Virus record (IMG/VR): IMGVR_UViG_3300028423_000356
Location: 1-64,000 of that record
DNA: 64,000 nucleotides
DNA from: a virus
Reading direction: 5' to 3' (one strand)
Shown here: piece by piece, positions 7,840 to 17,610 of the stretch
Layout of the letters: each line of letters begins with the position of its first letter
Numbering within the stretch: the stretch's first letter is position 1
The notes under the pieces: generated by a model
Told to the model about the DNA's origin: nothing
What the model saw: the letters and a program-made list of their open reading frames with translations, nothing else
Database searches by the model: none
Program-made: the position numbers and the translations under genes

Positions 7840-7926
7840 TGGTATCCTATGAAACGTGTAGAATATTATGAATGTAGTTGTAGAGAAGAATGAAGATGAA
7901 ACAAATACTATTGAATGGAGAAGAAA

Positions 7927-8424
7927 ATGAGTAATATGTTGAAATGGGCGGAGCAAGAACTTCGTTATGCTGGATATGATATAAATGACCCTGAAAATGG
8001 ACCTAACCGTTGGTTAGCAGAAGGAACACTTGAACTTTTAAAGGTGTTTTCAGAACAAGGTCATAGTGGTAGTTCTGCACCCTATGCAGTAGGACTTTTC
8101 GAGAAACTTGCTTTATGGAAACCTGTTACACCACTCACAGGTGAAGATAGTGAGTGGATGGAAGTTGGTGAGGACACATGGCAGAATATTCGTAACAGTG
8201 CAGTATTCAGAGGTAAAGATGGAAAAGCATATTGGATAGAAGGTAGAATTTTCTGGGAATGGTCTTCATATCCTGATATTGATGACGGTAAACCTTTTAA
8301 GTGTTATTTTACAAGTCGTAACAGTAGAGTTAACATCGATTTCCCTTGGATGCAACCAGAGAAATCAGAATATGTATTCGTTCCAAACGAAGAATTCCCA
8401 AATGAGGTATTAGACAATGAGTAA
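7927..8424 (+). CDS. Conserved phage hypothetical protein
   Basis: FSEQGHSGSSA and PLTGEDSEW motifs. Confidence 0.7.
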   Translation: MSNMLKWAEQELRYAGYDINDPENGPNRWLAEGTLELLKVFSEQGHSGSSAPYAVGLFEKLALWKPVTPLTGEDSEWMEVGEDTWQNIRNSAVFRGKDGKAYWIEGRIFWEWSSYPDIDDGKPFKCYFTSRNSRVNIDFPWMQPEKSEYVFVPNEEFPNEVLDNE

Positions 8425-8638
8425 CCCAATTTGTTATGTGATGGTAGGTTTACCTGCGACGGGTAAATCTACTTTTATTAATTCAATAATAGATGATGAC
8501 ACTTGGATTTATAGTACTGATATGTATATTGAGTCAGTTGCAGAAGGAAGAATAAAACATGTATGTAATTCAAATGATGATACACCACCAAAGAATTGTG
8601 ATGTAGGCGAAAATACATTAGATAAATTTTTCTCTTGA
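8417..8638 (+). pseudogene. Truncated P-loop kinase (AAA_33/PNK-like) joined to an unrelated tail
   Basis: YVMVGLPATGKST..IYSTD present, but the ORF is only 73 aa. Confidence 0.55.
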
Positions 8639-8663
8639 CAAAATGTAATTAACACACTATATT
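8635..8663 (+). promoter_or_regulatory. Early promoter
   Basis: TTGACA-N17-TATATT. Confidence 0.8.
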
Positions 8664-8683
8664 ATTAACATGAGGGTATTTAA

Positions 8684-9633
8684 ATGAACATTAATCTTCG
8701 TAAAGCAAAAAGATTAAAGAATGATGAGTTTTACACAAGAATGGAAGACATAGAGAATGAATTGAGTCATTATAAAGAGTGTTTCAAAGGTGAGGTTGTT
8801 TATTGTAATTGTGATAATCCCACTTGGTCAAACTTTGCTAAATATTTTGTAGATAATTTTCAGGATATGGGATTGAAGAAAGTTATTTTAACCCACTATG
8901 ATGAGAGTGGTAGTTCAAAAACTATCTATGATGGTGAATCACTCGTTACCACACCGTTAAAAAGTAACGGTGATTTCAGAAGTGAAGAATGTATAGAATT
9001 ACTAAAAGAAGCAGATATTGTTGTAACCAATCCACCTTTTTCTCTTTTTAGAGAATATATATCACAGTTAATTGATTATGATAAGAAATTTATTATATTG
9101 GGAAATAATAATGCAATAACTTATAAGGAAGTATTTTGTCAAATAAAGTCTAATAATATATGGCTTGGCGTCCAAACAAACAAAACCATGGATTTTCAGA
9201 TTCCAGAGCATTATGAAACTTGGAGTCATATTGATGAAAATGGAAATAAAATTGCGAAAGTTCCCGCAATAAGTTGGTTTACAAATCTTCCCAACAAAAA
9301 GCGTAACGAAAAAATTACCCTTTTCAATAAATATTATGGAAATGAAGATAACTATCCCAAATACGATAATTATGATGCAATTGAAGTAAGTAAAACAAAA
9401 GACATACCAAACGACTATGATGGGTATATGGCAGTTCCTATTACCTTTATGTGTAAATATAATCCAAATCAGTTTATTATTTTGGGGATAATGGATAGAT
9501 CTAATTCTTCTGGATTAAAAACCAAAGTATATAATAAAGATGATGTACCCAAGATTTAAATGCTAGGGGTGTAATTAAAATAAAAAATGAATACAAAGCA
9601 AAATATGCACGTATAATTATAAAGAGGAAATAA
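8684..9633 (+). CDS. EcoRI-family adenine methyltransferase, frameshifted near the C-terminus
   Basis: KNDEFYT, YCNCD, GDFRSxEC and VTNPPFSLFREY motifs. The ORF stops at 9559; the tail DLNARG..YARIIIKRK lies in the -1 frame to 9633. Confidence 0.85.
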
Positions 9634-10053
9634 ATGAATACAAATTATATTATGTTATTATCATCAGAAAAATCATATGAAAGAACTTCTCGTGAAACTA
9701 TCTCAAAGAAAGCACTCATTGGTTATAAAGATTGTGATGATATTGTTATAGTTAAAAATAGATTACAAGATAAGACTGGAAAAGTATCTGTTAATTATTG
9801 GAATGATTTAGTTAAAGATACAATGAAAGTTTATGGTGAAACAATTGATAGTGTTGATTGTGATTTGGAAAAATATATGCTCTTAAATTCACTTGATAAA
9901 CACGATTTAATTTTAAAGATTTTAAAACTTAATAATGAAGTTAATAGATTAAAAAAACAAAACACAGATATGGGTTGGATATTAAATCCAGACCGTATGG
10001 GTGGTCAATTTAGTGAATGGGAAACCAGTCGTCGTGGTGATGAATGGTCTTAA
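9634..10053 (+). CDS. Hypothetical protein
   Basis: ORF; C-terminal NPDRMGGQF. Confidence 0.65.
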   Translation: MNTNYIMLLSSEKSYERTSRETISKKALIGYKDCDDIVIVKNRLQDKTGKVSVNYWNDLVKDTMKVYGETIDSVDCDLEKYMLLNSLDKHDLILKILKLNNEVNRLKKQNTDMGWILNPDRMGGQFSEWETSRRGDEWS

Positions 10054-10080
10054 TAACTGATAAAAAATGGAGAATATATT

Positions 10081-10350
10081 ATGAATTACTATGATTGTTT
10101 TGTGAAAAGTATTATAAATGAATTAGGAAGATTAGAAGATACATATCCTGATGATGTGTATAATGTTGTGACAGATAATATGCCACACGATACATTTGCT
10201 ATTATGACTTTATTAGACCATTCTAATGCCTTTGAAGGTAGAGTTATGGAAGAATATGTTGGTCTAAGTTTAAGTGAAATGATGTATAAAATACTATTTG
10301 AAATTACTATGACAGATGTTCTATTTAAGGTTAATGAGAAAAACCCATAA
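10081..10350 (+). CDS. Hypothetical protein
   Basis: GGAG RBS. Confidence 0.65.
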   Translation: MNYYDCFVKSIINELGRLEDTYPDDVYNVVTDNMPHDTFAIMTLLDHSNAFEGRVMEEYVGLSLSEMMYKILFEITMTDVLFKVNEKNP

Positions 10351-10385
10351 ATAGTTATAAAAACTATTGTAGGAGATATATTAAA

Positions 10386-11786
10386 ATGGGGTATTTTAAA
10401 AAATCAGACTTAGTTAAAGAAAAGTATATTATGAAAATAATATATGACATTGAAAATGGTAAATTGATTAAAGTTAAGATAAACAATAAAATTAAATCCG
10501 TAAAATTTGAAAATAATGATTTTATTAAAAACACACTTAAACCCATTCAGAACAATTCTTCAAAATACTATAAGAAACTATATTCTAATGATAAACATAA
10601 ATATGTATTTAAAACAACTGACGGTGATTTAATAAGATTTATTGATATCGAAAAAACACAATATTCACAAATTAATAAAAAAATAAATACAAATACATTG
10701 GGTTCTAAATTAACAAATGCTATTGAATTAGCAACAATAGAATCTTTATATAATGATATCAATAGTCCTGAAGATACTAAACAAAAATTATTTATTAATG
10801 GAACCATAAAATTTGATAATTGGGCACAAACATTCAAAAATACTAAAATTATTTTGAAAAAGATAATAAAAGATGATATTAAAAAATATAAAATTATACA
10901 TAGTGCCACAGATAATTCAGAATTTAGTAAAATAATTCGTAAATTTTTATCAAAAATGAATATTTCAAAACAGGACAATTGGAATACATCAGATATTTAT
11001 ATTATTAAAAAAACATCATATAAAAATATAAAAAAACAATTAAAGATAATAATTGATGATAATAATGTGAATAATATTGTTAATAATATGAATAATTATA
11101 TTTATAATTTATTCAAAAATGATGAATTATATCCAATTTCATTAAAACAGATAACAGATGATGGAAAATATGAATATAATAATATACCAAATAATAACCC
11201 AAATTACACAAATTATAATCTAGAAAAAATTAATATATCTTTATTTAATGATACGAATGAAATAGGGTTAATATTAATTAGAGATGATGATAATAACACA
11301 ATTCCATTACAGATAAGGGGGTATCCTCATGGATATAATATTTCACAATTAGAAATTGGTAGTTATCAAGGAGGAAGAGTTGGTAAAATACCAATAAAAA
11401 TTGTAGATGAAGTTTTTAAACATCACGAACATGATAGGATTTCAAGTATAAAATATTTTGGTAAACCCCCTAATTATTTTAGTGAATTTAATGAACAAAA
11501 AATTAAAGACGTTGTTAATTGGTATAACTTTACTATAAAAAATATTAATTATGTTAAAAACTTGGATGATGTGAATAATTTAACCGTTGATTTTTTGTCA
11601 GACTATATTAATGTCATAAAAAAAGATTTAAGGAGTGTTGAAAAAATGTGTCATAAAATTCAAGGATTGAATATTGTATATTTTTTATTAAAAAATGTCG
11701 ATAACATATCAAACATTATTAATACATTTATTAACGCTGCAAAGAAAATTGATACTTCTAATAGTTTTTTTATTAAAATATATTAA
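10386..11786 (+). CDS. Putative PD-(D/E)XK-like nuclease
   Basis: DNWNTSDIY...YPISLKQ resembles DxWNPxDIW...SLK proteins of T4-like phages; very AT-rich. Confidence 0.5.
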   Translation: MGYFKKSDLVKEKYIMKIIYDIENGKLIKVKINNKIKSVKFENNDFIKNTLKPIQNNSSKYYKKLYSNDKHKYVFKTTDGDLIRFIDIEKTQYSQINKKINTNTLGSKLTNAIELATIESLYNDINSPEDTKQKLFINGTIKFDNWAQTFKNTKIILKKIIKDDIKKYKIIHSATDNSEFSKIIRKFLSKMNISKQDNWNTSDIYIIKKTSYKNIKKQLKIIIDDNNVNNIVNNMNNYIYNLFKNDELYPISLKQITDDGKYEYNNIPNNNPNYTNYNLEKINISLFNDTNEIGLILIRDDDNNTIPLQIRGYPHGYNISQLEIGSYQGGRVGKIPIKIVDEVFKHHEHDRISSIKYFGKPPNYFSEFNEQKIKDVVNWYNFTIKNINYVKNLDDVNNLTVDFLSDYINVIKKDLRSVEKMCHKIQGLNIVYFLLKNVDNISNIINTFINAAKKIDTSNSFFIKIY

Positions 11787-11791
11787 AACAC

Positions 11792-11820
11792 TTGACAAAC
11801 TAATATCCATATACTATATT
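11792..11820 (+). promoter_or_regulatory. Early promoter
   Basis: TTGACA-N17-TATATT. Confidence 0.8.
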
Positions 11821-11849
11821 ATATAATAAGACAATAAAAGGTGAACTAA

Positions 11850-12692
11850 ATGATATTAATTGATTATAATGCTATTGCTATTAGTAATGTATTAACACAA
11901 AAAGTGGAATTAGATGAAAATCTTATTCGACACATGATATTAAATTCTATTAGAATATATCGTAAAAAATATAAAAATGAATTTGGTGAGATTGTTATAA
12001 CAAATGATGGTTCAAATAATTGGAGAAGAGAAGTTTTTCCCCAATATAAGTTCAAAAGAAAATCATCAAGAGATGACTCTAAAATAGACTGGGATGAACT
12101 ATTTCGTATCACAAACTTAGTATTTGATGAACTTGTTGAGTATTTTCCATATAAAGTTATAAAACACGATAGATGTGAGGCAGATGATGTTATTGCAACT
12201 TTGTGTGAATACACACAAGAGTTTGGAAATTGGGAGAAAACATTAATAGTTTCTTCTGATAAAGATTTTATACAACTACAAAAGTATGATAATGTATATC
12301 AGTATTCACCAATGAATAAAAGAATGATAAAAGAAAAAAACCCAAGATTACAATTAATGGAACTTATTTTGGGTGGTGACAGTTCTGATGGTGTTCCAAA
12401 TGTGTTATCAAATGATAATGTTTTTGTTGAAGGTATAAGACAGACACCTCTTTCGAAAAAGAAAAAGGAAACTCTTATACAAGATCAGGAATCACTTGGA
12501 GATGAAATATACAGGAATTTTCAAAGAAACAAATTACTTATTGATTTGTCATCTACTCCAGAAAAGTTCAAAAAAGAAATAATAAATAACTATAATTCAC
12601 AAGATAAAAGTGAAAATAAGAAAAAGGTTATGAATTTTTTAATAAATAAAAAATGTAGATTATTACTAGAAGAAACAGGAGATTTTTTATAA
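11850..12692 (+). CDS. rnh: T4-type RNase H (5'-3' exonuclease)
   Basis: MILID, WRxxxFPxYK, EADD, SSDKDF and GDSSDGVPN motifs. Confidence 0.95.
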   Translation: MILIDYNAIAISNVLTQKVELDENLIRHMILNSIRIYRKKYKNEFGEIVITNDGSNNWRREVFPQYKFKRKSSRDDSKIDWDELFRITNLVFDELVEYFPYKVIKHDRCEADDVIATLCEYTQEFGNWEKTLIVSSDKDFIQLQKYDNVYQYSPMNKRMIKEKNPRLQLMELILGGDSSDGVPNVLSNDNVFVEGIRQTPLSKKKKETLIQDQESLGDEIYRNFQRNKLLIDLSSTPEKFKKEIINNYNSQDKSENKKKVMNFLINKKCRLLLEETGDFL

Positions 12693-13123
12693 TGGCTATT
12701 AAACATACATTAAATATCTACGAAGTTTTAGAAAGAGTTGCAAACACTAAAACACGTGATGCGAAAGTTGAAGTTCTAAGAGAACATGAATCAGTTGCAT
12801 TGAAAGACATTTTACGATGTGCTTTTGATGATGTAGTTCAGTTCACTATTCCAAAAGGCACACCACCTTATACACCTGCTGATGAAAGTTCAGTTCCAGC
12901 AAACCTATTAACAAAAAATAAACAATTGACATATTTTGTTAAGGGTGGTCAGGGGGATAAACTACCACAACATAGAAGAGAGAAAATCTTTATTGATTTG
13001 TTGGAAACAATTCACCCTAAGGATGCTGAAATTCTTCTTCTTGTAAAAGATAAGAATCAACCAGCAAAATCAGTTACTAAAAAATTGGTTCAAAAAGCGT
13101 TTCCAAACTTAATCAGAAAATAA
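12692..13123 (+). CDS. Conserved T4-like phage protein downstream of rnh
   Basis: PxGxPPY..RRExIFIxLLExIHPxDA; usual position after rnh. Confidence 0.75.
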   Translation: MAIKHTLNIYEVLERVANTKTRDAKVEVLREHESVALKDILRCAFDDVVQFTIPKGTPPYTPADESSVPANLLTKNKQLTYFVKGGQGDKLPQHRREKIFIDLLETIHPKDAEILLLVKDKNQPAKSVTKKLVQKAFPNLIRK

Positions 13124-13134
13124 AGGATTTAATT

Positions 13135-13377
13135 ATGCCTAATTACACTTTATTTAACAATGATACTGGGGAAGAAGAAGTTCATTTCTTCCCCTCTTGG
13201 AAAACAAAAGATGAGTTTTTAGAAGAAAACACTAATTATAAACAAAAAATAACTGCACCCAGAATAATTTCTGAATCGGGTGAACCTATCGTTAGGAACA
13301 CATCAAGTGATTGGAAAGACCACCTTAAAAGAATGAAAAAGGGTTCAGGTAGATCAAATACAATTAACACGTTATAA
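13135..13377 (+). CDS. Conserved T4-like hypothetical protein
   Basis: MPxYT..TGE..WKDHL. Confidence 0.7.
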   Translation: MPNYTLFNNDTGEEEVHFFPSWKTKDEFLEENTNYKQKITAPRIISESGEPIVRNTSSDWKDHLKRMKKGSGRSNTINTL

Positions 13378-13385
13378 GGAATAAA

Positions 13386-13787
13386 ATGATGTTTACTATA
13401 TACGGAAAACTACATTGTCACGCTTGTGACGCCGCAAAAAAACTCTGTGAGGATAATAACATTCCGTTTGAATATATTCAATTGAATGATAGTCAAGGAT
13501 ACGTTGATGAATTCTTTACGAGACTACCTAATGCAACATCAGTTCCCCAAGTATTTGTGGGTGATAAACATATTGGTGGATTAGTTAAATTGAGATATGA
13601 AGTTGATACTATCTTACATTTGAGACAACAAAATCCTTCTGATAGCGATAGTGACCATATTATTAATGCTGTAAATGATTCTGATTTAACATACGAGAGA
13701 TATCAAATTGATCAGATGAGAAAAATGTTGTTTGGTCAAAATTATGATTTGGATGATAATGATAATAATGACAGTGATTATTTTTAA
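13386..13787 (+). CDS. Glutaredoxin with an acidic, DSD-rich C-terminal extension
   Basis: CHAC active site, SVPQVF and HIGG. Confidence 0.85.
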   Translation: MMFTIYGKLHCHACDAAKKLCEDNNIPFEYIQLNDSQGYVDEFFTRLPNATSVPQVFVGDKHIGGLVKLRYEVDTILHLRQQNPSDSDSDHIINAVNDSDLTYERYQIDQMRKMLFGQNYDLDDNDNNDSDYF

Positions 13788-13802
13788 TTGAGGTAATTTA
13801 AA

Positions 13803-14030
13803 ATGAGAAAATATTTTTTATCCATAGGTATAGCATTTTCTATACTTTTAAATGCTATACTAGGAGGTAGTCCATACCAAACATTTTGTGCAAGGAATTA
13901 TGATGCAAAAAGAATGAAAAGATTAAATATAGTTTGGTTACTAGATTTGTTTTTGGGTAAAGACCATTGTTTAATGGATTGGGTTACTTGGAGATTGAGA
14001 ATAGAAAGTATTTCTCGTTCAAATAGATGA
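13803..14030 (+). CDS. Hypothetical membrane-associated protein
   Basis: LLNAILGG..QTFCAR..DHC. Confidence 0.65.
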   Translation: MRKYFLSIGIAFSILLNAILGGSPYQTFCARNYDAKRMKRLNIVWLLDLFLGKDHCLMDWVTWRLRIESISRSNR

Positions 14031-14045
14031 TAATGGAGTTTTATT

Positions 14046-14255
14046 ATGAATGTGTTTACATTGTTAAACTTGAGAAGTAGATTTGAGAGTGTTGTTAAGG
14101 ATGGTAGATATCGTTATGATTTACCAAATTATGACGGCACAATAGAAACACTCGAATGGTTTGTTAAAAATGGACATAAATCAAATAGGTTTAGAAAACA
14201 TTTTGATGAATTACAGGATATAGCAGAAACTATTTTAAGAGAGTATAAAAAATAA
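14046..14255 (+). CDS. Hypothetical protein
   Basis: GGAG RBS. Confidence 0.65.
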   Translation: MNVFTLLNLRSRFESVVKDGRYRYDLPNYDGTIETLEWFVKNGHKSNRFRKHFDELQDIAETILREYKK

Positions 14256-14256
14256 A

Positions 14257-14934
14257 ATGAAATCTTTTTGTATAACATACGACAATATAAATTCTAAGAA
14301 TAATTATAAATCTTTGGTGAATTCATCAGAAGTTGTTTTAAATAAATTTTTAGTTGAATCCTTTCCCGCAACAACTTTAAATAATGCGAAAATGTATGTT
14401 AACAAATATGCTCTTGAGTGGGGATGGCCAGAAAATAAAGAAGTTGCTGATATGACGCTGGGTATTATTAAAAAACCCTATGAAAAAAGAACTATAAATG
14501 ATTTAGTTTGCGAATCTTTAACACACTACAGAATATGGGATTATTGTGTCGAAACACAAGAAAGTGTATTGGTATTAGATAATTCTATGAGATTCACGAA
14601 AACTTTTGATCTTGAAGAAAAGACAATAAAGAAATATGATGTTATTGGTATAAATAATCCAAAATATTGTATGGAAGATTGGAGATTGTATTTGAATGAA
14701 ATAATAAAAAATAAAAATGATATCCAAATGGTTCCTTCCATAAATCCAGTTTATATTCCAAGAACTATCGCTTCTCCTAAATCATATATCGTCACACCAA
14801 AAGGTGCTGAAAAACTCTTACAAAATGCAGATGATAATGGATTATGGCCTGTTAACGAATCATTATCCAAACAAGTTTTGGGTAATGTTATGGTTACAAA
14901 GAAATTTTACACTAAACTAGATACGAGAAATTGA
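14257..14934 (+). CDS. GT25-like glycosyltransferase, divergent
   Basis: SLTHYRIW..SYIVTPKGAEKLL; the EHD motif is replaced by DNS. Confidence 0.7.
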   Translation: MKSFCITYDNINSKNNYKSLVNSSEVVLNKFLVESFPATTLNNAKMYVNKYALEWGWPENKEVADMTLGIIKKPYEKRTINDLVCESLTHYRIWDYCVETQESVLVLDNSMRFTKTFDLEEKTIKKYDVIGINNPKYCMEDWRLYLNEIIKNKNDIQMVPSINPVYIPRTIASPKSYIVTPKGAEKLLQNADDNGLWPVNESLSKQVLGNVMVTKKFYTKLDTRN

Positions 14935-14935
14935 T

Positions 14936-15589
14936 ATGATAAATTATGTTATTACAATATTTGAATTAGAAGAATCAGTTAAAGTTGCTGAAAGATGTAT
15001 TCAATCAGGTAAGAAGTTCAATATTAATATTGATAAATTTGAAGCTTGTACACCTCAAGACAACCCAAGAGAATATTTAGAAAGTGAGGGGATTGATTAT
15101 AATAATATTATGACAAGAGTATCAAGAAGTGATAATGTATTATCTTGTTTTGTGTCACACTATCAATTATGGAAAAAATGTGTGAAATTAAATGAAGAAA
15201 TAACTATATTTGAACATGATGCTGTGATTAAGTCCAATATACCAAATGATTTGGATTATAAAGGTTGTATTAATTTGGGGCAACCATCTTGGGGTAGATT
15301 TAATATACCTAAGCGAATGGGAGTGAATAAATTATCATCAAAAGATTGTTTTCCTGGTGCTCATGCTTATAGAATAAAACCTGAATGTGCCAATGAGATG
15401 ATAGAGAAATCAAAAAAATATGCAAAACCAGTTGATACATTTTTAAATAATGAAAACTTCAATTTCCTTGAAGAATATTATCCTTGGCCTGTAATCGCAG
15501 ATGATTATTTCACTACAGTTCAAAAAAATAATGGAACACGTGGTAAAAATAATTATAGGAAGTTGGGTAATAAATATAGAATAATATAG
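14936..15589 (+). CDS. Glycosyltransferase family 25
   Basis: CFxSHYxLW..IFEHDA..GAHAY. Confidence 0.85.
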   Translation: MINYVITIFELEESVKVAERCIQSGKKFNINIDKFEACTPQDNPREYLESEGIDYNNIMTRVSRSDNVLSCFVSHYQLWKKCVKLNEEITIFEHDAVIKSNIPNDLDYKGCINLGQPSWGRFNIPKRMGVNKLSSKDCFPGAHAYRIKPECANEMIEKSKKYAKPVDTFLNNENFNFLEEYYPWPVIADDYFTTVQKNNGTRGKNNYRKLGNKYRII

Positions 15590-15598
15590 GTATATGAT

Positions 15599-16249
15599 AT
15601 GAAAAACTATGTGATAACAATTTTAAGTAATGAAAAATCTGTTAAAGTTGCTGAAAGATGTATTGAATCGGGTAATAAATTCGATATTGATATTAAAAAG
15701 TTTAAAGCAATAACACCCAAGGACAATCCACATGCAATGATGATGCAGGAATCCATTAATCCCTATGATTTTAATAATGACAAATATTCACGTATAGAGA
15801 ATATGCAATCTTGCTTTTTATCACACTATTTTTTATGGAAAAGGTCTGTTGAATTAAATGAAGAAATAACTATATTTGAACATGATGCTGTTATAGTTGA
15901 TAACATACCCAATATCGAATTTAAAGGGTGTGTGAATTTCGGTAGACCATCTTATGGTAAATTTGTCACACCTAAAAACGGAATTCAAAAATTGGTATCG
16001 AAACAATATTTTCCTGGTGCACACGCTTATCGTGTAAATCCTGAAGGTGCAAAAAAGTTAATTGAGAGGTCTAAAATAAAATCTGGTCCTGCGGATGTCT
16101 TTTTACATAATATGAACTTTAATTTCCTTGAAGAGTATTATCCTTGGCCAGTGATAGCAGATGATAGTTTCACAACTATACAAAAAGAGACAGGTTGTCT
16201 TGCTAAACACAATTATCAGAAAGATAAAAACAGTTTTCAAATATTATAG
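15599..16249 (+). CDS. Glycosyltransferase family 25 (paralogue of 14936)
   Basis: Same motifs; shares NFNFLEEYYPWPVIADD. Confidence 0.85.
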   Translation: MKNYVITILSNEKSVKVAERCIESGNKFDIDIKKFKAITPKDNPHAMMMQESINPYDFNNDKYSRIENMQSCFLSHYFLWKRSVELNEEITIFEHDAVIVDNIPNIEFKGCVNFGRPSYGKFVTPKNGIQKLVSKQYFPGAHAYRVNPEGAKKLIERSKIKSGPADVFLHNMNFNFLEEYYPWPVIADDSFTTIQKETGCLAKHNYQKDKNSFQIL

Positions 16250-16260
16250 GAGAATAGATT

Positions 16261-16959
16261 ATGAAAGTATCAGTAGTATGTGTATTCTGGGGTGATAAAT
16301 TTTCCTTAGATTACGTTTACAATCTTAAATCTATGGTGGAGAGGAATACCACTGTAGAACATGAATTTGTATGTTTTACCGACAGAGATGATATTCCTGG
16401 TGTTAAAACTAAAAAACTTGTAAATGGTTTAAAGGGGTGGTGGAACAAATTACAAATATTTGATAGAAGACATAATTTAAATGAAAGAGTTGTGTTTTTT
16501 GATTTAGACACTGTTATAGTTAACAACATTGATTGGTTAATGGAATGGAATGGTTTGTTTATGGGTATTGAAGACTTAGGTGCAACAAATCCACACCAAC
16601 CACATCTAAAAAATAGACTACAATCACCCATTTTAGCATTTGATTATAATAAAAATCATGATATATGGTCACATTTTATTAAAAACTTAGATAAAATATT
16701 GATAACATATAGAGGTGATGGTGAGTATCTTCATGGTGTTATACCACAGAGTCGTAGGGTTCTTTTACAGAATGTTTTTCCAGATAAAATAAAGTCTTAT
16801 AAGTATCATGTATATCCTAACAAACCAAATGAAAAAACATCCATTGTTTGTTTTCATGGTAGACCCAGTATTATACAAGCAATGAGTGAAACTGTTAGAA
16901 CTCCTATGAGAATATATGAACCACAAAAATGGATAAAGGATTATTGGAAAAATGAGTAA
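16261..16959 (+). CDS. GT-A fold glycosyltransferase
   Basis: VVCVFWGDK..YV..L, GWWNKL, FFDLD (DxD) and VCFHGRP. Confidence 0.85.
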   Translation: MKVSVVCVFWGDKFSLDYVYNLKSMVERNTTVEHEFVCFTDRDDIPGVKTKKLVNGLKGWWNKLQIFDRRHNLNERVVFFDLDTVIVNNIDWLMEWNGLFMGIEDLGATNPHQPHLKNRLQSPILAFDYNKNHDIWSHFIKNLDKILITYRGDGEYLHGVIPQSRRVLLQNVFPDKIKSYKYHVYPNKPNEKTSIVCFHGRPSIIQAMSETVRTPMRIYEPQKWIKDYWKNE

Positions 16960-17557
16960 GAAAGTAGCACATATAATTGGAAATGGAGACCAATCTGTAC
17001 TTTATAAAAACTCTCCAGGTATTAAGTTAACTTGTAATTTACCACCATTTGATATTAAAGATGTGTTTGCAACATTTATTGTAGATTTTAAAATGTGTCG
17101 CGCACTTGCAGAAGGTAGTGTAAATTTAGATAGTTACAATTGGATTATGGGATTTAGACCAAAAACATATTGTGAAAAGGTTAACCATCCTTTCTATGTG
17201 AAAAACGCACATAGAATAAGAGGTTTTTATCTAGATTTACCACAGTATGCTGGAAATTACACTAACTTTAACTGTGGTATGATGGCCACACATTTTGCGG
17301 CAAATAAACTAAAAATAGATGAAATACATTTATATGGATTCGATTCTCTTTTTGATAAACAGATGAGAAGTTATACTGATTTGGTCTTAAACTCTGATAG
17401 AAGTGTTAGTAACAACAAAAGATTATTTGATAATTGGGCACCAATATGGGAAAATATATTCAAAGAGTTTCCTACAACTAAATTTGTTTTACACCATATA
17501 CATAAAAATATTAAAATAGACTTACCTGAAAATGCAACTGTGAAAGTTCATAAATAA
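16952..17557 (+). CDS. Sialyltransferase/Maf (MptE-like) fold putative glycosyltransferase
   Basis: AHIIGNG..CN..G..A..IHLYGFD pattern. Confidence 0.6.
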   Translation: MSKKVAHIIGNGDQSVLYKNSPGIKLTCNLPPFDIKDVFATFIVDFKMCRALAEGSVNLDSYNWIMGFRPKTYCEKVNHPFYVKNAHRIRGFYLDLPQYAGNYTNFNCGMMATHFAANKLKIDEIHLYGFDSLFDKQMRSYTDLVLNSDRSVSNNKRLFDNWAPIWENIFKEFPTTKFVLHHIHKNIKIDLPENATVKVHK

Positions 17558-17583
17558 AATTAAAAAAAAGTTAATAATATTAC

Positions 17584-17610
17584 AAAGGGGGTTGAATACT
17601 CCCTTTTTTT
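17584..17610 (+). terminator. Intrinsic terminator closing the rnh-GT operon
   Basis: AAAGGGGG-TTGAATA-CTCCCTTTTTTT. Confidence 0.75.
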
